Shown here one piece after another: positions 38,236-50,688 of a stretch of 64,000 bases of DNA. Position 1 is the first letter of the stretch. The number at the start of each line of letters is the position of its first letter. The position numbers and the translations under genes are program-made. The notes under the pieces are model-generated. The model did no database searches. It was not told where the DNA came from and saw only the letters and a program-made list of their open reading frames with translations. The stretch lies in the NCBI RefSeq assembly GCF_001194135.2, contig NC_068991.1, positions 1,392,283 through 1,456,282 on the forward strand, given 5' to 3'. This DNA comes from Octopus bimaculoides. Its lineage: Eukaryota.

Positions 38236-39117
38236 CTGATGAAACACAGGAGGGTCGGTCATTCTGGAATGGCATTGGTCTTAGTTCATATTGGTTCAGG
38301 ACAGAGCTAAAACCAGGCATTGTAAGTGAGAAGGGTAGCCTATATCATTCGGGCAACTTGTAAACCAAACCAAGTGAATATTATATATTATTTATATATA
38401 TCTGAACAATGTGGAAGGCATATCGGCAAGAGTCGAGCCTCAGGGCATAGAAGGTCTTTGTAGGATCAGTTCCACATTAAACCAGTCATTTCTGGCATAG
38501 AGTGGACAGAGTAAATTTTTACATCGTACCCATTTCAATTATAAAATGAAGCTTATCCATCCATCTATCTATCTATTGCTTCATTTTCTCTTTTCCCATC
38601 TATCTAACTGTCCATCCATATGTCTGTCAATCTTATCTGTCTGTTCTGTATGTACGTGTGTTTATGTCTGTGTGCTTACATACACATTCACGCTCACAGA
38701 CACAGGCTCGCACAAGCACATCGACGCAGCTTGAGGCACTGAAATTTGCGACTGCAGCACAGATGTTGCGAGCATTGATCATAATTTGAGAGAAGCGATT
38801 TGTGAGAAAAGCGCTGAAATATCCATCGTCCTGCAGATGTGTATATGAGGGCGGCAGATTAAGTTTAAATGTAAACACAATATAGATATTTACTTTAGTG
38901 AGATAGCTGAGTTATAACATACACACACACACACGCACTCACTCACAAACAGTATTATATATATATAGTACCATATATACATACACATACACATGTATGT
39001 GTCTCGGTTCAATATCGATATAGAATAATGAGGATATCAACTAACATGGCAGTTGTGTCTATTTATTGTTATATTACTCGCCGACTCGGATATCGTAGAC
39101 ACTCGATACGTGTGTAC

Positions 39118-39162
<45 letters not shown>

Positions 39163-39418
39163 CATATATATATACAGACATATATATATGCATACATATA
39201 TATATGCATAAATATGTATATCAATATATATATGTGTGTGTGTGTATGATGTACATATTCTATGATAATATCGATACAATCATATATATACATATATATA
39301 TATGTATATATATGTATATATATATATATATGTATACATTCAGAAAACACACACACACACACACATATATATGCATAAATGCAAATTCATATATAGATGC
39401 ACGCCCATATTTATAGAT

Positions 39419-39449
<31 letters not shown>

Positions 39450-40002
39450 GAATAGAGAAATATATATTTTTGTATATATACGAATGTGTATGTATGTGTG
39501 CATGTGTTCGTGTGTGTGTATAACAAGCTTAGTGAAAATGCTATGTAAAAAATGAATGTCTGTTACGTATATTAAAATAAATACCCATAAAATATTTATT
39601 TCTTGTGTGGACATTGATCAATGTGTCTTGCGTAAATGCAAGCAAGAAAATAACACGCGTTTAACCATTATCAACATGAACATAGATAGTATGGTTATTA
39701 TTAACCGTAAAGGCTATTAATGTATACATGCTGGCGTAACAGACTGCCTGTTTCTAAACGAAGTAGGAAATAGCCCTAATCAGCCGAAAATATTTCGTTT
39801 ATCGCTAATAAGACCAATATATTTGTGAAAATGCCATGCAAACGAAGAGCACATTTAATCGATCAGAACGGCGCATTAAACTATTAGTTATAGGAAGAAT
39901 ATATATTTGGTAAATATAACGAAATATTTTTGTCAATAAAGCGACTTGAATAAAGAAACAGGTTGTTGCCTACTTTGTGTTTGTTCTTCGACTTTTTGGA
40001 TC

Positions 40003-40049
<47 letters not shown>

Positions 40050-40074
40050 AAATTTATAAAAACACAAAAAACGA

Positions 40075-40215
40075 AGAGAGGTGTTTAAACAACAAACAGG
40101 TGTATTAGTTTAACGCATGGGAAGGTGAGAAAGTCTTTTACATTTCGAGCCCTACGCTCTTCAGCAGAAAGGAACACGAAGAAATAAACAGAATAAAAAA
40201 AAGCATTTGGAGCTA
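40075..40215 (-). mobile_element. Short repeat carrying a minimal hammerhead-like motif
   Basis: CCTTT CTGCTGA A GAGC gtagg GCTC GAAA TG TA AAAGA; homologous to 47890-47965. Confidence 0.6.
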
Positions 40216-40528
40216 GCGGTCAACCATTATATATCAAATAGGTACGCTATCCTTTGAGATTTATATTTACCATTAAACATATGTATGTTTCAAATTCGCG
40301 TCCTGCACTGTATTTGAGACTGAAGGATTGCTTGGAAACACGGCATGCTGTACAAGCTTGTCAGATCATTATGGTTTCGCACCGTGAAACTAATAATACC
40401 GCGAATTTAAATATTGTATGAATGTGTGTGTGTATATATATATATATTCATATATGTGCACTAACTACATCATTAGAGCGATGTAGCTTTTATTTTCAGC
40501 AATGTAGGTGTTTTGCAACACCCTAGTC

Positions 40529-40570
<42 letters not shown>

Positions 40571-41014
40571 GGAGAGAGAGAGTGTGTGTATGTGTATACA
40601 TGTGGGTGTAGGTGTGCGCGCGTAATATATAATTTGTTTTGACGTGTACTTAGGGATTCGCTTAGCCCTTTAGCCAACAAGCTGTGCGATGAAACCCAGT
40701 CCTTCGCCGAGACAAATTTATAATAAATTCGGTTCTACCCTCAGTGTTTATCACCTCGTTAGCATATATTCTGTTGCTAAGTTGAAACTTGCTTTAAATA
40801 AATAACCATAAATTAACACTCATACAGAGAACCACACGGGAACACACATACACACACACACGCACGCACGCACGCACGCGCGCGCGCGCGGATTGATTTG
40901 ATGAAGATTTACGTTTTCTTACAAAAAGTAGTCTCAACAAAGAGGTCGTTTGTGGTTTCCACTTCTTCGATTTAATGTCCCCTAATATTCTTTTCTACTC
41001 TAGGCACAAGGCCA

Positions 41015-41258
41015 AAAACTGAAAGAAGCCCGTCGTATATATATGTATGTATATGTTTGTGTGTTTGTGTTTGTCCTCCCCAACATCGCTTGACAACCGA
41101 TGCTGGTGTGTTTACGTCCCCGTCACATAGCGGTTCGGCAAGAGAGACCGATAGAATAAGTACTAGGCTTACAAAGAATAAGTCCTGGGGTCGATTTGCT
41201 CGACTAAAGGCAGGCGGTGCTCCAGCTTGGCTGCAGTCAAATGACTGAAACAAATAAA
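41015..41258 (+). mobile_element. SINE family A, body and tail
   Basis: AACTGAAAGAAGCCCGTCGTATA ... CGCTTGACAACCG ... GGTGCTCCAGC ... ATGACTGAAACAA. Confidence 0.95.
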
Positions 41259-41570
41259 AAAATGAATAAAAGAATATATATATATATATATATATANNNN
41301 NNNNNNNNNNNNNNNNNNNNNNNNNNNNNNNNNNNNNNNNNNNNNNNNNNNNNNNNNNNNNNNNNNNNNNNNNNNNNNNNNNNNNNNNNNNNNNNNNNNN
41401 NNNNNNNNNNNNNNNNNNNNNNNNNNNNNNTATATAGATATATATATAGATATATGTATGTATATAAAACAAATATATATATATATATACACACACACAC
41501 ATAGATACACACATGCGTATATATGTCTCTATGTATTTGTGTGTATGTACGTATGTAATGTATATATATG

Positions 41571-41618
<48 letters not shown>

Positions 41619-41703
41619 TTGATATTCGTGCATTAAATCATTGAATAATAAATTCAGCAAAAATGACGTCATGTTACTAACCCCCCTCTCCCCCACACTG
41701 TAG

Positions 41704-41795
41704 GAAACTGAATACCTTCATCTTGAAGTTCGTTTCTCTGATGCAAACAACATTTCTGTATTTACTCTACAACTCAGGCGGTAATGCACTGAACT
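41704..41795 (+). other. Candidate exon (92 nt; alternative donor after 41780)
   Basis: Branch-like CTAAC, pyrimidine tract, TAG/G acceptor; donor GTAAGT; open frame KLNTFILKFVSLMQTTFLYLLYNSGGNALN. Confidence 0.25.
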
Positions 41796-42248
41796 GTAAG
41801 TGTCATGTCTCATAACTGCCGGTGAAATATCAGTTGTTTCATCATTTAGTGTTTATTACAGAGACAGATGTTGGCAGAGGGAATAAAATATGAAATGCAA
41901 CGAAGTAGATAGAAGGATAAGGAGAGAGAGAGAGGGAAGAGAAGTTATAAGAAATGAAATGTTAAAAACTTTTAAAAAAATGTAACGCAAAACGAAATGT
42001 TTCTAGACTATTCGGTAAATATAATGGCGGTAAGAAATATGTTGATTGTTAAAGATATACACGAGGTTAGATTAAGTTTGGGAAAAGTGTGTGGATGATG
42101 GGATTAATTGGTTAGACCTGATATTTGGGTGGTATTTTCCTTCTCTTTGAAATGATGAAAGGCAATGGAATTCGATTGTTGTTCACCGCCACGAACAACG
42201 AGAACGACAACAACTACAACACTAACAACAGCAATAATAAAACCCCTT

Positions 42249-42463
42249 GAGGTAGCGAGCGAACAGAATCGTCTGCGGGCCGGGAAAAATGCTTAGCGAC
42301 ATTTCCATCTGTCTTTACGTTCTGAGTTCAATTTCCGCCGAGGTCGACTGAACCTTTTATTCTTTCGAGGTCGATAAAATAAATACCAGCTGAGCACTGG
42401 GGTCGATGTAATCGACTTATTTTCTCCCTCCAAATTGCTGGCCTGGTGCCAAAATTTGAAATC
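42249..42463 (+). mobile_element. SINE family C, full length
   Basis: GGTAGCGAGC ... ACGTTCTGAGTTCAATTTCCGCCGAGGTCGACT ... CTGGGGTCGATGTAATCGACTT ... GTGCCAAAATTTGAAA. Confidence 0.95.
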
Positions 42464-42483
42464 ATTTATAATAATTATTTTTA

Positions 42484-42690
42484 TTATAGGCACAAGAACT
42501 GGGTATTTGGGAGAGGGGGCTAGTGGATTACATTTACCCCTGTATCTGACTGGTAGTTATTTTATCGACTCAAATAGGATGAAAGACAAAGTTGTTCCCG
42601 GAGGAATGTGAACTTAGAGCATAAAACAGAAAGAAATGACATTAACCATTTTGTCCAGTGCGATAACTATTCTGCCAGCTCACCGCCTTA
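42484..42690 (-). mobile_element. SINE family C, full length, diverged
   Basis: Plus strand ends TTCTGCCAGCTCACCGCC and begins TATAGGCACAAG; further family C pieces at 42700-42760 and 42860-42940. Confidence 0.9.
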
Positions 42691-43040
42691 ATTAAAATAC
42701 CGATTTCAAATTTTGGCACAAGGCCAGCAATATCGGGGCAGGGGTGTAAATCAATGATGGACAACGTAGTTGTATGTATACATTTATAAAAATATGGGAT
42801 GGAGGAAATTTTTTTTTATCATTGTGTCTCCATAATAAAAAAATTGATCGATAATAGCGTAGAAGATTACATTGAACTGGAAGAGCTGAAATACAAATTG
42901 AACCACGACAGAATTTGAACTCTAACGATTCGACCAGCACAATATTTTCATCAGAAGCTTCAACCATTAATAACTAATCTCATGTAACCTTACTTAACGT
43001 ATCTTATCTGTCCATGCATGCTGTAACTACTTCTCCGTAG

Positions 43041-43066
43041 AATTCTGTATCGATAATGGCGAAAAA
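43041..43066 (+). other. Candidate 26-nt micro-exon
   Basis: Acceptor CTACTTCTCCGTAG, donor AAA/GTGAGT; frame (x)FCIDNGEK; followed by a G-triplet-rich tract. Confidence 0.3.
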
Positions 43067-43339
43067 GTGAGTGGCGAACGACGGGACGCCTGGGGAAGAA
43101 ATGGTGGGTGACGTGCGGGTGGACGGTGGGCATGGACTGACGGAGAGTTTGTGGACGAATGGTAGCGATGTGCAGTGGTGGTGGTGGTGGTGGTGGGGGG
43201 GAATGGAGAGCTGACGACGGAACGGTGGACGGCAAAGAGGCGGCTATTTTCCAGCTCGTTTACTGGTTGTCATTCCATTGAACAAGAAAATTAATGGACA
43301 TATGTAAAGTGTCTGCAAGAAACACTTCTAATACTGCAG

Positions 43340-43434
43340 TGGGTTTGTGGACACAGTCGCTGCGCTTGTTTACTGACGTCTATGTACTTTTGGTCTTTAC
43401 TCTGCCATATCAGCGCTTCAGACTTAATATTTCG
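43340..43434 (+). other. Candidate exon (95 nt)
   Basis: Acceptor CTTCTAATACTGCAG, donor TCG/GTATGT; two frames open (WVCGHSRCACLLTSMYFWSLLCHISASDLIF or GLWTQSLRLFTDVYVLLVFTLPYQRFRLNIS). Confidence 0.25.
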
Positions 43435-43680
43435 GTATGTATCGGCCAGACGTTATAACAGCCTTTTATTTTGGTATTTTTAATGCATCCTCTACAAATG
43501 TCTATACTTTTATGTGTTTAGCCATGTGTATTGGTATCTATCTACAATTAAAAACTGTAGTTTTACTCATACAAATACATGTACTTGCAAACATACAAGC
43601 ACACATACATATTTATCCAAACACCTACACACTAATACATAAATATAAATAGGTAAATAAATATATATATATATACACAC

Positions 43681-43738
<58 letters not shown>

Positions 43739-44440
43739 CACATGCATATGCATGTAATATATATATATATATTTATAATATATGTATGTGTGTATATATA
43801 TGCATATATATAATTATGAGCTTCAAGTAAAATGTGCGTATATATGTTAGATGTGTGTCCCATGCGGACGAGAATATATACATACGCTATAAATTAGGAA
43901 CTTAGGAATTCAGGTCGTCACCAAAATATGTGGGTATACGTACGTGTGTGTGTATATGCATGTATGTATAATTGTATGTATTCTTATATTTATGTGATTA
44001 TCTTTGAATGCTCTCGATAACTTTTCATGAGTATGTGTAGGATATAGCGGCGCTGGTGTATATAGCATTTATTGAAATCTATGACCTTATGCTTCGACGA
44101 TGGAATATCTGATTTAAAGAATTTCTTGTGATTAAGAGGAATTTGCGAAAAAAATAGTTACCGATCTGACTGTGTAACTACACAGTAATTCCGTATCAGA
44201 TGGCACTGTTTAAATATGTAAGCCTGTGTACACATACTCCAAACATCTCGTCATATCTCTTTCTCTCGAACACTTTCCACACACACACACAAACACACAC
44301 GCGCGTTCATGTTACCGTAGGCATAATCTATGTACTATGTATATATGTATATATAATACACATGCATACCCATACATATATACATATGCACATAGACATA
44401 TATACATATTCATACATATAAATATGTATACATGGACACG

Positions 44441-44511
<71 letters not shown>

Positions 44512-44905
44512 GTATATTAGAGATATGTACGCGTACACATAATATATATGAATATGCGTGTATCTGTTGAGCTATTTTAAATATAACTGCATATAACAGT
44601 GAATATTTATACGTATTTATTCATCTGTTTTCTCTCTCTGTGTCCTTCCGAACTGTGAGTTCAAACCCACCTGAGATCAAATACACCTTTTCATTCTTTA
44701 AAGGACAATGAATAGAGTAGGAGACGACTCTTGTACTCTGGTCGAATCTTCTCTTTCTTTTTCCGTGGGTTTTTCGGTTTTTCTACAGGAACTGGGCGGT
44801 GATCAGACATAGCGAAGGATCGTTCCTTTAAGACCTACAGAGGGCCAACGCTTTCTGTATATTACCATGGTTCTCCTACTACACCATCTAGAATTGAAGA
44901 TTCAA

Positions 44906-45044
44906 GACTTGTACTTATTTCATTGACCCAGAAAGGATGAAAGGCAAAGTTGACCTCAGTGGAATTTGAACTCGGAACGTAAAGACGGACGAAATGCTGC
45001 TACTTTGACCGGCGTGGTAACGTTTCTACCAACTTGCCACCGTA
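44906..45044 (-). mobile_element. SINE family C, 5' half
   Basis: AAGGATGAAAGGCAAAGTTGACCTCAGTGGAATTTGAACTCGGAACGTAAAGACGGACGAAAT. Confidence 0.9.
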
Positions 45045-45287
45045 GTAATAATAATAATAATAATAATAATAAGAATGATCAAAAGTGTTCGAAGCACTTG
45101 AAAGACTACTGAAAATTTGGGGATACCTAAGGTTACAGGGAGTAACCCGTTACCCACATAAATCCTACCAGGAAAAAAAACCGAACCTGGGTCTAACCAA
45201 AATGATGATGATGATGATAATAATGATGATATATGAGTGCGTGAGTGTGTGTGTGGATGTATTTATGTATGAATATATGTATGTATG

Positions 45288-45340
<53 letters not shown>

Positions 45341-45856
45341 GTAGTGTTAAAGACATAAATCCATAAATACACCCCACCACACCCTGTTTCAGATTTCAAG
45401 CACTAAATGCCACGTCTCTGAACATAAGTTTCATTTAAAATCTTTTAGGAAACCAGAATACTGCCAAATTACAAACAATGGAATCACTGCAACATCAGAT
45501 ATCTTGCGAATAACTTTCTGGTCTTCAGTCCGAAGTTTAATAAATTCCTGACCTATGAAACCCACGCTTCTATTAGCAACACAGTAATTTGTTAAATATG
45601 GTTTATTAATTTCAATGAATAGGAAATGGAATCTTGTATAAATTTAAATACGTTCTGACTCTCTCTGCATGGCTATAGCAACAGTCATCGACCTATGGTA
45701 AAATTGAAAGGAATGTATATAGTTTGTATAACCATCGAGGATATATAAAACATAAATATATCGTTAGTTTGTTGTACCAATATATGTTGTTCTCCTTGTG
45801 GTTGTTCCCTTTATTGTTGCTAACATCATTGCTGTCTTTATGGTTGTTGATCATAA

Positions 45857-45965
45857 GGTGGCGGGCTGGCGGCAGAGTGGTTAGCACGCCGGACAAAATG
45901 TTTGGTAGCATTCCTTCTGGTTTTATGTTCTTAGTTCAAATTCCGCCGAGGTCGACTTTGCCTTT
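45857..45965 (+). mobile_element. SINE family C, 5' half
   Basis: GGCAGAGTGGTTAGCACGCCGGACAAAATG ... GTTCAAATTCCGCCGAGGTCGACTTTGCCTTT. Confidence 0.9.
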
Positions 45966-47311
45966 TGAGCACTTTCTAACCACCCCACTCACTGAAAATT
46001 TCAGGTCTTGTACCTACAGTTGAAAGGATTTAGTCTTGATCTTGGTATTTAACCACAGGCCAGCACAAGTTGCATAGAATTTTGACGCAGATGCTCCAAA
46101 CATGACCATTTGGTCATTCTATGTATTAAAAAAGCGCTTTGTCTAACGTCATTCCTGTTTACTTAAGATGTTATGGTAAGGTTCGACTGAGATTAGGCTG
46201 GTATTTCAAACAGGTCGCTGTATTGGCTACCGAAGCTTCAGATAAACAGTGCCAGAATATAAATCACGTTTTGTAATGATTAAAATCTGTTTGATCATAG
46301 TTCAGCTGGTTCAATACTGACTTTGGGATAAATAATAACCCAAAACTTAACTAGAATTAAACAGGAGATACACTCCCAGGTCCGATAGGTATTTATTTCC
46401 CGGGTAATAGCCTCTGGATATATACTGGGGTTTTATATAGCAGTTTATATTCGTTTCTGTCCACATTTAAAATAGGAATCATCAGATCCCTGCCAACGAA
46501 AGGAGCAAGATTTCTCCTTTGATTAAATTCAATTCACTGAATTTCTTATCCAATAACGGCGAGAATTTTCTGATGGTAGATCGGCTTGGCATTAAGAAGT
46601 GTGCAATTATGGCTTCATGCCCTGGATTTTAATACGGTACTCACCAAAATAACCAATTCAATAGAAAATCATAAATAACGTTGTTTTAATTTGTTTCATT
46701 CTTTTTATTTTCCTAAGTCCTATTTTGTTCCAAACGAAACCTTTCTATTTCACTATTGTACTACTGTCGAAAATGGCAACATTCCAAACATTGCTACTCA
46801 ATTCTGTCAACGTCCAACGATGCTATGTGTGTGGTAAGATTACGACGATGGAACTGCAAAACAAGATAGAATAAAGTAATGTACAATAAAATAAAATAAA
46901 AAAAAGTACTACAGAGGTCATTAAGATATGTGAAGTTTGGCTGTTTTACCAATTCCAGTCCTCTAGATCAAAGATGAAAGCATTGTTCAGCACTTAAAAG
47001 GAAATATTTATCCGAAAGCGAGTCATAATCAGTTTTTTTCATAAACTCAATACCCTTTCTTAAAGTTATTGCCTATTTTAAATTTATTACAATTTCTATA
47101 TTACTATTATTATTATTATTGTTTAGCTCCGGGTTAGTCTTGATTATCCAGACCTTAGATCAAAGAAGTTTCAACCGTTTATAACCAGTTTTCTAAGAGC
47201 ATGTGCACGACATTTATTTAATGTGTTCTTCGCTAATCTAAGTACATCAAGGGACCGCGTAGATGCTTTCTCATTAGATATACATACATACAAGCATATA
47301 TGCATACATAT

Positions 47312-47350
<39 letters not shown>

Positions 47351-47816
47351 CAAANNNNNNNNNNNNNNNNNNNNNNNNNNNNNNNNNNNNNNNNNNNNNN
47401 NNNNNNNNNNNNNNNNNNNNNNNNNNNNNNNNNNNNNNNNNNNNNNNNNNNNNNNNNNNNNNNNNNNNNNNNNNNNNNNNNNNNNNNNNNNNNNNNNNNN
47501 NNNNNNNNNNNNNNNNNNNNNNNNNNNNNNNNNNNNNNNNNNNNNNNNNNNNNNNNNNNNNNNNNNNNNNNNNNNNNNNNNNNNNNNNNNNNNNNNNNNN
47601 NNNNNNNNNNNNNNNNNNNNNNNNNNNNNNNNNNNNNNNNNNNNNNNNNNNNNNNNNNNNNNNNNNNNNNNNNNNNNNNNNNNNNNNNNNNNNNNNNNNN
47701 NNNNNNNNNNNNNNNNNNNNNNNNNNNNNNNNNNNNNNNNNNNNNNNNNNNNNNNNNNNNNNNNNNNNNNNNNNNNNNNNNNNNNNNNNNNNNNNNNNAG
47801 AGAGAGAGAGAGAGAC

Positions 47817-47847
<31 letters not shown>

Positions 47848-47889
47848 CAGAAAGATATATATACATTTATTGGACTGCTGAACTCTGCA

Positions 47890-47965
47890 ATTTTTTTTCC
47901 ATTCTCTTTATTTCCTCGTTTTTCCTTTCTGTTGAAGAGCATACGCTTGAAACGTAAAAATTTTT
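47890..47965 (+). mobile_element. Short repeat carrying a minimal hammerhead-like motif
   Basis: CCTTT CTGTTGA A GAGC atac GCTT GAAA CG TA AAAA. Confidence 0.55.
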
Positions 47966-49182
47966 TTCATGTCTTAATGAATATTGTTTTATGAAACTCA
48001 GTTTGTTTCTCGATTCGTCGGGGGAGGTTCAACTTGTAGAGAACATTAATCCATACCTTGCTTTATGTTGTAAAGAAAATGTATATGTTTCGTATTATAG
48101 CTTAAAGAATATCAATAGGTTTCCGCTGTTATTGGTCCTGGACATATCTAACTGAATTAAGGAGTTTCTTCTTGACCCAGGTGTATCCATGTATCGTTGG
48201 TCTGTCTGGTATTTTTGGAAGGAATTTGTCCTAGGCACCATTTCAATATTTTGGGGCCATTTTCATTTTTGGTTTCTCTCAGAATAATTAATGTTTACGA
48301 AGGCAGAGCCTGTAAAACAGTTGAGCAAAAAAAAAAAACAAAACAAAACAAAAAAAAGAAAGCAATTATACCACAATATTGTATGATGTGATATATATAT
48401 ATATATATATATATATANNNNNNNNNNNNNNNNNNNNNNNNNNNNNNNNNNNNNNNNNNNNNNNNNNNNNNNNNNNNNNNNNNNNNNNNNNNNNNNNNNN
48501 NNNNNNNNNNNNNNNNNNNNNNNNNNNNNNNNNNNNNNNNNNNNNNNNNNNNNNNNNNNNNNNNNNNNNNNNNNNNNNNNNNNNNNNNNNNNNNNNNNNN
48601 NNNNNNNNNNNNNNNNNNNNNNNNNNNNNNNNNNNNNNNNNNNNNNNNNNNNNNNNNNNNNNNNNNNNNNNNNNNNNNNNNNNNNNNNNNNNNNNNNNNN
48701 NNNNNNNNNNNNNNNNNNNNNNNNNNNNNNNNNNNNNNNNNNNNNNNNNNNNNNNNNNNNNNNNNNNNNNNNNNNNNNNNNNNNNNNNNNNNNNNNNNNN
48801 NNNNNNNNNNNNNNNNNNNNNNNNNNNNNNNNNNNNNNNNNNNNNNNNNNNNNNNNNNNNNNNNNNNNNNNNNNNNNNNNNNNNNNNNNNNNNNNNNNNN
48901 NNNNNNNNNNNNNNNNNNNNNNNNNNNNNNNNNNNNNNNNNNNNNNNNNNNNNNNNNNNNNNNNNNNNNNNNNNNNNNNNNNNNNNNNNNNNNNNNNNNN
49001 NNNNNNNNNNNNNNNNNNNNNNNNNNNNNNNNNNNNNNNNNNNNNNNNNNNNNNNNNNNNNNNNNNNNNNNNNNNNNNNNNNNNNNNNNNNNNNNNNNNN
49101 NNNNNNNNNNNNNNNNNNNNNNNNNNNNNNNNNNNNNNNNNNNNNNNNNNNNNNNNNNNNNNNNNNNNNNNNNNNNNNNNNN

Positions 49183-49229
<47 letters not shown>

Positions 49230-50204
49230 ATATATAAATATCAACCTAAGATGGAAACCACAGCAGTACTGCTCATGTTCTATGTCGTACAATCCTTTTG
49301 TGTTATACAATCCTCGTTGTCAATTGTTACATGGTGGAAGAGAATAAACAATATCAACGTGACACTAGTTACGATAGAGCGGCTGTGCTGCAATGATGTT
49401 ATATCTCGCTCTACTTGCGGCCATGTTGAATATTAATCCTCTATTGTTCACTTCTTGAATCATGAAGTTTATAGTTTATGTTCTTATATATTTTGTTTAT
49501 ATTAATATTGCAGCGAATTCAATGATATACACGTGTCTGTCTATCTATCTATCTATCTATCTATCTATATGGATGTATGTAATTATGTGCATGTATGTAT
49601 ACATATGTATATATGTATATTAGTGTGTATTTATGTATGTAAATATATATGCATATGTATACGCATGTATGTGTAAGAGTATATATGTGTGTGTGTGTGC
49701 ACGCGTGCGTCTTTGTGTGTACACATGTATGTATAGATGTGTAAATTATTCATAGTGTCCGTTTTGTCTTCTTCAAAAATTTAAAGAGAATGTCCCTCTG
49801 AAAGGGATTTAAGAGATTCCTTACAGTTTCCGTTTCCGAAAGGCTTTGATCGACGGATCTCTATAACAACATATCCGAGGTGCTGTGCAGGGTAATCGAA
49901 CAGAAAACCAGTTGATTTACTAGTGAGCTACATAACCAAACATCATGTATACAAGCATAACTTAATACAAAAATAATAATCGGGAAAAAAATTCTTGTAG
50001 AGGAGATAAGTCTGAAACATAATATTAATTAGATTTTGGTTTGTGTGTGTGTGTGAGTGTGTGTGTGTTATTTTATTTATATCAGCAATTTTTTTTCTCT
50101 GACAATCTCGTTTGTGGGATTGGGTCATTGTTTTCGTAAATAGTACATATACATTTTTTATATTGTAAATTACGCAATGAAACATATACATGCATATATA
50201 AGTT

Positions 50205-50236
<32 letters not shown>

Positions 50237-50283
50237 AATAAATAAATATGTGTGTATACATATATATATGTGTGCATATATGC

Positions 50284-50348
<65 letters not shown>

Positions 50349-50555
50349 TGTTGAGTTTGTTTCGTGTATCAATGCGTGTAGGTTTCTCTGTTGTCTTTCT
50401 AGAAATAACAACATATCTCAACTGCAAATTTCTGTACAGGCAAATATATGCGCCTGTTTCATACATAAGCATATATCTAACACTGGCTTCTTTCTTTTTC
50501 TTTGTTCTTTCTTCCTTTACGTATGTATTAATATACGCATGTATATGCATATATA

Positions 50556-50688
50556 GCGGAGGAACGTGGATTAGTGGTTAAGCTGTTGCATTCATGACCA
50601 TAGGATCATTGTTTCGACTCCTGGACTGCGCGATGCGATATGTTCTTGGGAAAAACACTTAATTTCGCGTTGTTCCATTACACTCAGC
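50556..50688 (+). mobile_element. SINE family B, 5' part, diverged
   Basis: CGTGGATTAGTGGTTAAG ... GTTTCGACTCC ... TGTTCTTGGGAAAAACACTTAATTTC. Confidence 0.8.

Noticed and set aside
43041-43066. FCIDNG as an OSGEP/Kae1 exon
   Set aside because: The motif should continue AMIA; here it continues EK, and no other Kae1 exons are visible.
44790-44835. Terminal exon after the strong acceptor TTTTCTACAG
   Set aside because: It lies inside a repeat homologous to 990-1064.
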